The notes under the pieces were generated by a model. The model searched no databases, was not told where the DNA came from, and worked only from the letters and a program-made list of their open reading frames with translations. Of a stretch of DNA of 64,000 nt, positions 36,349 to 45,013 are shown piece after piece (position 1 is the first letter of the stretch; each line of letters starts with the position of its first letter). The DNA comes from an uncultured Planctomycetales bacterium (GTDB lineage Bacteria; Planctomycetota; Planctomycetia; Pirellulales; S012-138), in assembly GCA_937982665.1 (NCBI GenBank), contig CALJLD010000060.1, positions 16,596-80,595 on the forward strand, written 5' to 3'. A program made the position numbers and the translations under genes.

Positions 36349-38595
36349 ATGAATACAGACATCATTGGAACGGACGTCTCGGCACGGGTTGTTGATCAGC
36401 TGGCGACCGCTGCCTGGCAGGGAGGGCTCGCGCTGTTGATCGTCTGGTGTTTGTGCAACGTGTGGAAGAACTGTGCGCCGCGTGTTCGCTGTTGGCTGTG
36501 GCGGATCGCTTTCGCCAAGTTGTTGCTCGCCACAGTTTGGTTGAGTCCCTGGGAATTGGCTGTGTTGCCGGCGGAATCGCCCCAGCCACAGGCGCAGCGC
36601 GAGACCGATGAGTCAGCGTCGGAAAGTGTCAACATGCCGTATGCGGCCGCGAACAACGTGGCCGGCAACAGTAACAACTTCGCTCGTAACAATTCATTCA
36701 AATCCGCGCCTGCTGGCAGTGTTTTTGCCACGCCTGCCAACGCTGGCGATCAGAACACAAACGCATCAGCAACAAGTGCAACGGCAACGCCATTGGTCGC
36801 CAGCCAATCGACAAGACCTGGTTACGCAACCTCCGAACTTGAAACCTCCGAGCTAGAAACTGTCGAGCTCGAACAGGCGGAGCTGGCAGAATCCGCAGCG
36901 GGTGCCGGTTTCCCCGTCAAGCTGGCACTGGCAGGTGTTTGGCTGGTAGGCGTGGTTGTCGGACTGGTCATCCTTTCAAGACAACAGTTCATCGCTTGGA
37001 AACTGCGTCGAACATCAAGCGGCGAGACTTCGTCCGCGCTGTCGGACGAGCTTGTCAGCCTTCGCGGCGCAATCAAGAGGCGGCTATCGCTTGCTCACGC
37101 GCCCCAAGTTCATTATTCGCCTTCCGTGCATGGCCCGATGCTGATTGGGTTTCGCGAACCGCTGGTTTTGCTGCCGCAAAGCTGGCGAGAAGACCCGCAG
37201 CCGGAGTTGCTGCGCATGGCGTTGACTCACGAGTTCGCGCATGTCCGTCGCCGTGACCTGCTTTGGAACTGGTTGCCGGCGGTCGCGCGAATTGTGTTTT
37301 GGTTCCATCCGCTGGTTTGGATTGCCAGTCGGCACTGGAGTTTGGATGTGGAAGAAGCCTGCGACGAGCTTGCGGTCAATGTCGGCCGGTTGCCGCGAGT
37401 TCGCTACGCGGAATTTCTTGTTGGGATTGTCGCGCGTCGTCATGCGGGCTTTGCTCCCATGGCACTTGGCGCCGCCAGCCCATTCTCTCACTTGAAGAGG
37501 AGATTACTCTCGATGAAAAAGCGAAACGATAAACCGGGCAGACTGTGGTTGGCCATGGCCGGCTGCGGATTGCTGGGACTGGGCATTCTTGCGCCTGTGC
37601 AACTCACCGCTCAGGATGCTCCGCCCAATCCGGCGACACAAACCGCCGGCACTTCACAAACAGGCGGCGTTGTCACGCAGCGCTCAAACACGTCTGGTGG
37701 AACCGTGCAATCGGCAGGCGGTGGAACGGGCGTTGTCACGCAACGCTCGGGCGGATCCGGAACGACCGTCCAATCGGCCGGTGGCGGTGGAGGAATTGTC
37801 AGCCAAAGCAGCGGCGCGACTGGTCGTTCGGCCACTTCGCCAGCTGGCGGTGGCGGAGGAGTTTCCGTCCGATCGAACCAAGGTTCAGGAACAACCGTGG
37901 CTTCAGCTGGACGCGGCGATGGAAAAGGCAAGACGACCGTCTCGATTGCGAAAGATGGCAAGTCCATTTCCGTCGAAGTCGAGCCTTCCGATGACAAGGT
38001 TTCCGTAACCGTCACGCGTACCGAAGGCGAAAACAAAACCGTCAACAAGTATTCCTTGGACAGCCTTGATGAGTTGAAGGAAAACGATCTGGAAGCCTAC
38101 GACACCTTCAAGGAACACACTCAACCTGTCGCCGGCACAATTCGCGGCGGTGCGGGTCGGGCGGTTGGCGCCGGACAAAATGTTGGCGGTTCAGTTTCTC
38201 GGGCGTCCGGTGGGGGCGCGGGTCGAGGAAGCAACGCGGAAGGAAGCGGCGGAGGCTCGTTCGGTCGGGCTTCCTCTGGCCAATCCGTGGGTTCCGGCTC
38301 AGGCGGTGGCGCTTCCCGCAGCGGTCAGAATGTGACTGGTGCAAGTTCGTTTGGACGTGGCAGTTCCGGTCAGTCTGTTGCGGGATCCGGAACTGGCAGT
38401 TCCGCAAACGAAGGTGGCTCTGGCTCAAATCAAGCCGGCGCTTCCGGCGGACGCGGCTCGTCCCGGGCGGGCATCAACAGCCTGCTCAAACAACTCAATG
38501 AGCTGCGCGAGAAAAACCAGGACAACCCCGAGGTCGTTAAGGCCATCGATGAACTGGTGCAACAGTTGATGGGCGGCAGATCCAGCGGACGTTAG
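36349..38595 (+). CDS. BlaR1-like M56 family membrane metallopeptidase with long low-complexity C-terminal region
   Basis: HEXXH in HEFAHVRRRDLLWNW and several TM helices. The C-terminal ~330 aa are G/S/T-rich repeats, with no penicillin-binding-type sensor motifs (no SXXK seen). Confidence 0.8.
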   Translation: MNTDIIGTDVSARVVDQLATAAWQGGLALLIVWCLCNVWKNCAPRVRCWLWRIAFAKLLLATVWLSPWELAVLPAESPQPQAQRETDESASESVNMPYAAANNVAGNSNNFARNNSFKSAPAGSVFATPANAGDQNTNASATSATATPLVASQSTRPGYATSELETSELETVELEQAELAESAAGAGFPVKLALAGVWLVGVVVGLVILSRQQFIAWKLRRTSSGETSSALSDELVSLRGAIKRRLSLAHAPQVHYSPSVHGPMLIGFREPLVLLPQSWREDPQPELLRMALTHEFAHVRRRDLLWNWLPAVARIVFWFHPLVWIASRHWSLDVEEACDELAVNVGRLPRVRYAEFLVGIVARRHAGFAPMALGAASPFSHLKRRLLSMKKRNDKPGRLWLAMAGCGLLGLGILAPVQLTAQDAPPNPATQTAGTSQTGGVVTQRSNTSGGTVQSAGGGTGVVTQRSGGSGTTVQSAGGGGGIVSQSSGATGRSATSPAGGGGGVSVRSNQGSGTTVASAGRGDGKGKTTVSIAKDGKSISVEVEPSDDKVSVTVTRTEGENKTVNKYSLDSLDELKENDLEAYDTFKEHTQPVAGTIRGGAGRAVGAGQNVGGSVSRASGGGAGRGSNAEGSGGGSFGRASSGQSVGSGSGGGASRSGQNVTGASSFGRGSSGQSVAGSGTGSSANEGGSGSNQAGASGGRGSSRAGINSLLKQLNELREKNQDNPEVVKAIDELVQQLMGGRSSGR
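37667..37923 (+). repeat. four degenerate ~63-66-nt in-frame tandem repeats inside the M56 gene
   Basis: The units encode GVVTQRSNTSGGTVQSAGGGT / GVVTQRSGGSGTTVQSAGGGGG / IVSQSSGATGRSATSPAGGGGG / VSVRSNQGSGTTVASAGRGDG. Confidence 0.7.
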
Positions 38596-38644
38596 AAAGT
38601 CCGCGGGTCGCCAATTTGGCCCAGTGCTATCGCAAGTCTTGCAA

Positions 38645-38682
38645 GGCCGCCGTGCAAACACGCACGCGCGGCCTTTTTTTTT
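38645..38682 (+). terminator. rho-independent terminator after the M56 gene
   Basis: GGCCGC-CGTGC / loop AAACAC / GCACG-(C)-GCGGCC, followed by T9 (38674-38682). Confidence 0.8.
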
Positions 38683-38763
38683 GCTGCCAGCCAATTCGTT
38701 CCGAGAAGAAGCCCTGGCGCATTCCGCTGCCGCTTTGGCTATCATCATTGGACCAACAGTGCG

Positions 38764-40047
38764 TTGAACAATTCGACACGCTGCCAAACCAACGTTGACC
38801 TCGTTTTGCAATCCATTGTGAGTCAAACCGCCACGAAAGAACTGTTCGCTAATTCCCTGCAACCGCAATCCACCGCGGAAGTCGCCGATGCGATTCGCCA
38901 GGCGTATGAATACACGCAATCCGTGTGTGCAACCGGCGGCTGCACGGCATTGGGCTGCGGAATACGTATTCCCGCCGGCGCGACGGAAATCAGCACGGCC
39001 AACATTGCTGAGGTCGTTGATTATCCTCATGAAGATATGACGATCACGGTGGGGTCAGGCATCACCATCGCCCAATTGCAAAACACACTCGCCGAGCAGG
39101 GACAGCGGCTGCCTGTCGACGTTCCGCAATGTGAGCAAGCCACCTTGGGCGGGGCGATCGCCACAAATCAAAGCGGCCCTCGACGCTACGGTTGCGGCAC
39201 GCTCCGCGATTACGTGATTGGTGTCACCGCGGTTGATGGCCGCGGCGTGGTCTTCTCTGGTGGCGGACGAGTCGTCAAGAACGTGGCCGGATATGACTTC
39301 TGCAAACTGCTGATCGGCAGCCGCGGCACGCTGGGCATTCTCACGCAAGTCACACTCAAGGTGCTTCCCAAACCAGAGACAAGCGCACTCTTCAGCGCGC
39401 CCGTGGCGAACGAAAACGAACTGCGCGCCGTGTTGGAAGGCATCGCGAGTTCGCCGTTGACGCCTGTGACCATTGACTACGTGCGGGGCGTCGCGTGGCC
39501 AGGTGTGTTTGCGGAAGAGAATGCCGACAACGGTCGCGTCGTCATCGGCTTTGAAGGCACGCGCGATGAACTCGCCTGGCTGCAGGAAACATTGGCCGAA
39601 AACTCGCGAAGTTGGGGTGCGCGTTTTGAACATGTTGCCGAGGACCGGCAAACAGCCGCGTGGCAGGCGTTGAGCGAATTCCCCGCGGGCGATCCTGCCG
39701 CGCTGACGTTTGTGGCCAACGTCGTTCCCAGTGGCGTGCCGGAGTTTCTCGCCGCTGTGAACAAGATTGATCCGGCGGCATCTCTGCTGGCCAGGGCCGG
39801 GAACGGCATTGTTTACATCCGTACGTCACTCAGCGCTGCGGACGCCGTCGCGGCGCATGCGAAGACGCTCCTACCGCAAGCGAGAAAACAGCACGGCAAT
39901 TGCCTTGTCTATGCGGCGGCCAGCGACATCGAACTCACGCCGCTGGCCGCTTTTGGCAGCCCTGCCGAAACGACCGCAGTCTTCCGCCGCGTGAAAGAGA
40001 CGTTTGACCCACGCGGAATTTTGAGCCCCGGATGTTTGCAAAACTAA
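38764..40047 (+). CDS. FAD-binding oxidoreductase (PCMH-type, GlcE-like)
   Basis: Motifs GGCTALG, MTITVGSGITIAQLQNTLAEQGQRLP, GGAIATNQSGPRRYGCGTLRDYVIGVTAVDGRG and KNVAGYD. The TTG start at 38764 is uncertain. Confidence 0.75.
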   Translation: MNNSTRCQTNVDLVLQSIVSQTATKELFANSLQPQSTAEVADAIRQAYEYTQSVCATGGCTALGCGIRIPAGATEISTANIAEVVDYPHEDMTITVGSGITIAQLQNTLAEQGQRLPVDVPQCEQATLGGAIATNQSGPRRYGCGTLRDYVIGVTAVDGRGVVFSGGGRVVKNVAGYDFCKLLIGSRGTLGILTQVTLKVLPKPETSALFSAPVANENELRAVLEGIASSPLTPVTIDYVRGVAWPGVFAEENADNGRVVIGFEGTRDELAWLQETLAENSRSWGARFEHVAEDRQTAAWQALSEFPAGDPAALTFVANVVPSGVPEFLAAVNKIDPAASLLARAGNGIVYIRTSLSAADAVAAHAKTLLPQARKQHGNCLVYAAASDIELTPLAAFGSPAETTAVFRRVKETFDPRGILSPGCLQN

Positions 40048-40155
40048 TCGCGATGATACGAACTGGGCAAGTCACGCTTTCGAAGAGATTCTGGTCTTGT
40101 GGTGTTAAAGCGTTTCTTGCCGTGTGAAGATCACAGACAAGCAGGGCGTGCTTGA

Positions 40156-41619
40156 TCAATCGACGTTCGTGATTGCGTTCAGTTCCGGGTTGCTGCGGCG
40201 ACGCCAGATGAAGCCGTCGAGGATGTAGTGTGTGAGTTGCGGCACGGCCAGCAAGGGCACCAGCACAATCCGCCAGTTGCCCAATTCCCACTGCGAACCA
40301 AACAGCCAACTGCGTTCGTGCCAGATGCCGCGGTCCCAGAGAAGTTCTTCGGCATATGCCAGCAGCCAGACTGCGCCCAGAAACATCACCACCGTTTGGG
40401 CATGTCGACGCCAGCGGCCAGACTTAACGCCATCTTCCTGATTGGGGGTGGCGTTTTGGTGCGATGAGGCATCTTGTCTGGCGCCAACTTCTTGGTCGAG
40501 GTGTTTGGTCAGTTCTGTTTGATTCAATTTGCTTCCGTTCGTATCGCGCGCATCATCAGCCGTGCGAACAAAACGATACCAATAAACCAAGACCAGGTAT
40601 GGCACGCCGTGGATGATCACATTGGTCACCGTAAAGGCGTAATCAGAATTCACGGCCACAATGCCCAAGTACCAACACAAGGCGGTTGTCGCCACGACGA
40701 TATCTTTGCCGGGATTCCAAAACCGGTGTCGGAAGCCGTTGTGCAAGGATCTGGCGAAATACGCGGACAGGGCGAGCCAATAGATTGGCTCCAACACGCG
40801 CGCGGCGGTCAGCGGAAGGTTCGCGAAGTCTCCTTCCAGGAACCACCAGAAGTTGCGGGGCAAATGCGCGTGCCAATAAACGAGCGGAAAGACTGTTGCC
40901 AGGTAGATCGCAATCGTATCAATCCAGCGGCCGAGTTGCCCTTGCTCTCCCGCCCTGGCTCGATACAACGCCACCCAGCCGTATTGTTGTCGGACGAAGT
41001 GAAACACGGCCAGGTAGGCCAGCCCTCGCCAAAAATAGACTTCACTTTCCGAGTAGACCGCCAGGCCGATGATGAAACCCAACGCAGGCGCAAGACCATA
41101 CACCCAGGGTCGCCGCGAGAACTCGCCAGGCACAAAGTACACGCGGAAGCCGGTTGCATACACATGGGCGACATCCACCAACAAGATGAATGAGACCCAG
41201 GTCCAGTCAGGCGTATCTTGATTCAGCCAGCCGGCACTCCAACCAACAGCCAGCAAACCGAGCGAAACAACGGCGCTTCCCAAGAAGGCGGCAATATCAA
41301 CGGCGGGAGAAAACAGCCAGACCGGGCCGCGTGCCCCAGCCAAGGTACTCGCGGAGTTTTGCGCAGCGATCTCTGACGGCTGCCGATCAGGCGAATTGAT
41401 AGCGCGACTTTGCCAGGGCGATTCCGCGGACATCGCCACATTATGAATCAAACCAAAACCGCCAACCACCAGCCCAATCAAGTGTCCGGTGGGATTCGTC
41501 GACAGATTCGGCCACGGAGATTCGCTGATCCTTGGTCGAGGAATTCGTGCGGATTGGGCTTCTTCGTGCCAAAACCTGATTCGCCGCGGCATAAGACTTG
41601 TTTCAATCAGCGCTGGCAC
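40156..41619 (-). CDS. polytopic membrane protein, unknown function (conserved His-rich motifs)
   Basis: About 10 hydrophobic segments. Recurrent motifs VDVAHVYAT, FHFVRQQYGW and IIHGVPYL. The start is uncertain (41619, or the ATG at 41433). Confidence 0.55.
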   Translation of the reverse strand: MPALIETSLMPRRIRFWHEEAQSARIPRPRISESPWPNLSTNPTGHLIGLVVGGFGLIHNVAMSAESPWQSRAINSPDRQPSEIAAQNSASTLAGARGPVWLFSPAVDIAAFLGSAVVSLGLLAVGWSAGWLNQDTPDWTWVSFILLVDVAHVYATGFRVYFVPGEFSRRPWVYGLAPALGFIIGLAVYSESEVYFWRGLAYLAVFHFVRQQYGWVALYRARAGEQGQLGRWIDTIAIYLATVFPLVYWHAHLPRNFWWFLEGDFANLPLTAARVLEPIYWLALSAYFARSLHNGFRHRFWNPGKDIVVATTALCWYLGIVAVNSDYAFTVTNVIIHGVPYLVLVYWYRFVRTADDARDTNGSKLNQTELTKHLDQEVGARQDASSHQNATPNQEDGVKSGRWRRHAQTVVMFLGAVWLLAYAEELLWDRGIWHERSWLFGSQWELGNWRIVLVPLLAVPQLTHYILDGFIWRRRSNPELNAITNVD

Positions 41620-41695
41620 GAAAAATAGACTCTGCGAGCGACTCTACGCTTGCAGCGAGTTTCCTGTTGGCGCCTCAATTCCAACGGCAGCAACG

Positions 41696-43381
41696 ATGTC
41701 CCAGGCGATGCAGAAAACGCCCGACCCGGCGTTGGATCTCACGATTGACGCCCGCGATCCGGCACCCAACAAGTCCGCAAAGTCCGCATGCGGCGAATCA
41801 AGCAGTTCCTTGTTGGCCGGATTGTTTTGCTGTCGCGGCGGCAAGATGGACAAGAGTAAAGCTGGGTTGACCAGCTACACGCGAGGAATCTTGATCTCGC
41901 GATTGAAAGCGGCGGCCGCGATTTTGCTGGGCGCGTTTTGCTTGTTTCTGGTGTGGACGTTGCTTGCGCCTGCGGACTATGTGGCGGTCAAGAGCTTGTG
42001 GGCCTGGCACCTTGTGGCGATTGCTGTCCTGAGCGCTGCGCTGTTCAGTTTGTTCAATTCTCGCCGGATGCCTGACGGCGTGCTTCGCGGCGTGGAGTTC
42101 CTGGTCTTTGCCACTCCGGCGGCGTTCTTCTTGTACATGGATGCGGCTGTGCTGGAAGAAGCCGCGCGGCAATACGGCGTCAGCCGATCGATCTCCTCCG
42201 GCTGGCTGATCCTGATGCTGGTCTACGCGTTGATGATCCCGAATACCTGGCGTCGCGCGGTACTGGTGCTAGGGCTGTATGTATTCGCGCCGGTGAGTTT
42301 GTTGCTGGTATTGCAAACCACCAGCACAGAACTGGCCGAAACTTTGACATACGCCAACATTTCGGTGGATGCGTTAGTGCTGTTGACCGGATGCGTGGCC
42401 GCAACATATGGCGTGCATGTGATCAATTCGCTGCGGCGCGAAGTGTTTGAAGCCAATCAAATTGGTGTCTACCGGTTGAAGCGGTTGCTAGGCCGCGGCG
42501 GAATGGGCGAAGTGTATTTGGCCGAACATCAACTACTCAAACGTCCTGCGGCCATTAAGTTGATTTCACCAGAAAACGCTGGCGACCCCAAAGCCTTGCA
42601 GCGGTTTGAACGCGAGGTGCGATCGGCTGCGACGCTGACGCACCCCAACACGATTGAGATTTATGACTACGGGCGCACGGACAATGGAACGTTCTACTAC
42701 GTGATGGAATACCTGCGCGGGATGAACCTGGCCGACCTGGTCAAGCAACACGGCGCTTTGCCGGAACAACGCGTGTTGCATTTCTTGAGCCAGGCCGCGC
42801 ATGCGCTGGCGGAAGCCCACCGCGCCGGGCTGATTCATCGCGATTTGAAGCCGGCCAACATCTTTGCAGCCGAACGCGGCGGCGTGTTCGATTATGTCAA
42901 GATTCTCGACTTTGGCCTGGTCAAGGACAACAAGGCCCGATTGGGCAATGAAACCAACGATAACGACATTACTGTCGAGGGTTCGATCACAGGCTCGCCG
43001 CATTACATGTCGCCGGAACAATCCGTCGGCGGAGAAGCTGACGCCCGGAGCGATCTCTATTCGCTGGGGGCGGTTGCGTACTATTTGTTGACGGGTCGTC
43101 CGCCGTTTGAGGGAGATAACGCCGTGGCTGTGCTGGTGGCGCACGCCCGGGACGAAGTCCCGCCGATCTCGCAGGTTCGCGATGATGTTTCGCCGGGCGT
43201 GGAAGCCATCGTGCGGCGATGTTTGAGCAAGCAGCCCGATGATCGCTTTGCTTCCGCTGAAGATTTGGCCGCAGCGCTGAACGCGTGCATCACGCCCGGC
43301 GATTGGGATACGTCAGCCGCGGCAATGTGGTGGCAGGACAAAGCGCCGGCTGAAGCGGAGCTCGCACAAACAACGACTTGA
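41696..43381 (+). CDS. Hanks-type serine/threonine kinase with N-terminal multi-TM domain
   Basis: GRGGMGEVY, AAIK, HRDLKPAN, DFG, SPEQ. Five or six TM helices precede the kinase. Start refined to the ATG at 41696, because the track start overlaps the divergent gene. Confidence 0.85.
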   Translation: MSQAMQKTPDPALDLTIDARDPAPNKSAKSACGESSSSLLAGLFCCRGGKMDKSKAGLTSYTRGILISRLKAAAAILLGAFCLFLVWTLLAPADYVAVKSLWAWHLVAIAVLSAALFSLFNSRRMPDGVLRGVEFLVFATPAAFFLYMDAAVLEEAARQYGVSRSISSGWLILMLVYALMIPNTWRRAVLVLGLYVFAPVSLLLVLQTTSTELAETLTYANISVDALVLLTGCVAATYGVHVINSLRREVFEANQIGVYRLKRLLGRGGMGEVYLAEHQLLKRPAAIKLISPENAGDPKALQRFEREVRSAATLTHPNTIEIYDYGRTDNGTFYYVMEYLRGMNLADLVKQHGALPEQRVLHFLSQAAHALAEAHRAGLIHRDLKPANIFAAERGGVFDYVKILDFGLVKDNKARLGNETNDNDITVEGSITGSPHYMSPEQSVGGEADARSDLYSLGAVAYYLLTGRPPFEGDNAVAVLVAHARDEVPPISQVRDDVSPGVEAIVRRCLSKQPDDRFASAEDLAAALNACITPGDWDTSAAAMWWQDKAPAEAELAQTTT

Positions 43382-43469
43382 AGCTGACTTCCAGAGCTGT
43401 GCGATCTTGATAACAGTCGGCAAGCGTTCTCGCTCACGCTGGGCGATTTTGTTGCATGCCGGTGCGGGG

Positions 43470-43499
43470 TTTGCCGATACGGAGTTTGCTGATACGGAG
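43470..43499 (+). repeat. 15-nt direct repeat x2 (TTTGCYGATACGGAG) upstream of the small lipoprotein gene
   Basis: Read directly: 43470-43484 and 43485-43499, with one mismatch. Confidence 0.8.
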
Positions 43500-43534
43500 C
43501 AACTCAACCCCCTGCACTTCAGCGAAAGGACGCC

Positions 43535-43627
43535 ATGAAGAAGCTCACCCTGGCAGCAATGCTGGCGATTGCGGCATGCAGCGGATGCAGCACGATCACC
43601 GACTACTTGGATTCTTGCACAACGTGA
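43535..43627 (+). CDS. small lipoprotein (30 aa), absent from the ORF track
   Basis: ATG at 43535 behind GAAAGGA. Sequence MKKLTLAAMLAIAACSGCSTITDYLDSCTT* has a signal peptide plus lipobox (IAAC). A strong terminator lies downstream. Confidence 0.45.
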   Translation: MKKLTLAAMLAIAACSGCSTITDYLDSCTT

Positions 43628-43752
43628 GGCGTTGCCGCCTATCCGTCCCGTGTGGATGGAGAGAGTTGGGATCAACACATGTTGATCGAGAATCCGGAGC
43701 AGTCGCATAGCGAACAAGTCGGCTAGCGAAGTAAGCCCTACCAAACAAAAAA

Positions 43753-43788
43753 CGGCCTCCGGCAAGCAAGCCGGAGGCCGTTTATTTG
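43753..43788. terminator. bidirectional rho-independent terminator
   Basis: CGGCCTCCGGC / AAGCAA / GCCGGAGGCCG (43753-43780), flanked by an A-run (43746-43752) and TTTATTTG (43781-43788). It sits between convergent genes. Confidence 0.85.
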
Positions 43789-43807
43789 TTGGCAATAACC
43801 TGACGCG

Positions 43808-44608
43808 CTATTGGTTGCCGCCGACGGCAGGCGGATAACCAGAGCCGGTACCTTGTCCCAACGGCGGTTGTTGATTGCCGCCGCCTTGGGCGTTGCCCTG
43901 TCCGTTGTTGAGCGGAACTGCGCCGCCTTGGCCGTTGTTGACCGGACCGCGATCGATCGGAGGGCCATCGGTTCGGCTGGCGACTTGCATGCGGCGGATT
44001 GTTTCTTCTTCCACCCAGGCGATTGTCTTCTGGAAGTCAACCGGGTCTTCAAAATCAAGCACAACTGGCTTGTCCATATCTTCGAACGGCTTGAACATTG
44101 CGCCGGCGATACCCCAGCCAACGTTCTCTTCCTTCTTCAACACCCAGAGGATGTCCGACTTGCTAGGTGGAATGCCTGCTTGAGGATCGCCAAGATCGCT
44201 CCATTCGGTGAGTACTCGCGAGGCGGCTCCTTCATTGAGGAACTCTTCACCAACAATGGTGAATTCCGCGGAAGGGTTGGCCGGCGGGGCGAAGGGCGTG
44301 CCTTCGCGTTTGTTGGCGATGATGGCTCTGTGCGTCAGATAGGCCTCACCGTCGATCGCGCTGTTTTCGCCATCGCGAACCGCGTTCAGGAAGGTTCGCA
44401 CCACATCCGTTGGCGTTTGCGATTTCTCAGCTGGCGTGGGAATCCCGGCCAACAATTCGGCGTCGGTCGGGCCAGCAGGCTCGGCGCTCTCGTTTGTGTT
44501 AGCGGAAGAATCTCCGCCACCGCCTTCGGTGGATTCTTCCCCGCCGCAGCCGCAAAACAGAACCGCCAGCGAGACGGCAATCGCGCAAGTCCATCGCGAC
44601 ATCTGCAT
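43808..44608 (-). CDS. secreted lipoprotein, unknown function
   Basis: MQMSRWTCAIAVSLAVLFCGC lipobox, acidic linker, G/Q/N-rich C-terminus. The equally long plus-strand mirror ORF is Arg-rich and was rejected. Confidence 0.6.
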   Translation of the reverse strand: MQMSRWTCAIAVSLAVLFCGCGGEESTEGGGGDSSANTNESAEPAGPTDAELLAGIPTPAEKSQTPTDVVRTFLNAVRDGENSAIDGEAYLTHRAIIANKREGTPFAPPANPSAEFTIVGEEFLNEGAASRVLTEWSDLGDPQAGIPPSKSDILWVLKKEENVGWGIAGAMFKPFEDMDKPVVLDFEDPVDFQKTIAWVEEETIRRMQVASRTDGPPIDRGPVNNGQGGAVPLNNGQGNAQGGGNQQPPLGQGTGSGYPPAVGGNQ

Positions 44609-45013
44609 GGTGTTTCGCCTCCGTGCGAAAAACGCGCTCAACAATGATTGAAATCAAACCGCAGGCAAATCCGGCCAGCAGCGAAGCGAAAGTCTTGCAA
44701 TTTGCCGCAAATGGGTCAAGCCAAGTCTACGAGTCTGGGCACCACAACGCGAGAGCAAGCGGGAATGACGGGGGACAGCCAATCTAACAGGTGTTCAGCC
44801 GTGCAATCACGGACCGCCTGCGGGCTCTGTGATCAATGTGCGCGCATTGCTGGCACGCATTAGCCGGCGCGATATGCGTGCTTGATTGGTGAACAATCCT
44901 ACATCCGAAAAGTGATGCTTTCGGTCACAATGGAGAGAATCGAAAGGCTCTCCTCGCGATAACTGGCTGGGACAAGTTAAGCCACAGTACAATCTGGCAG
45001 CAGGCATCAACTC

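Noticed and set aside
36082-36352. Three overlapping track ORFs (81-85 aa plus 65 aa on the opposite strand) between blaI and blaR1.
   Set aside because: They are read across the inverted and direct repeats. They give mirror peptides (VIPAQAGIQ / IPACAGMT) on both strands, and they have no RBS. I interpret them as repeat-derived, not coding.
43811-44647. A plus-strand 278-aa mirror ORF with exactly the same length as the minus-strand ORF 43808-44644.
   Set aside because: The minus-strand product has a signal peptide, a lipobox and normal composition. The plus-strand product is Arg-rich and featureless. The coincidence in length follows from shared stop-free frames.
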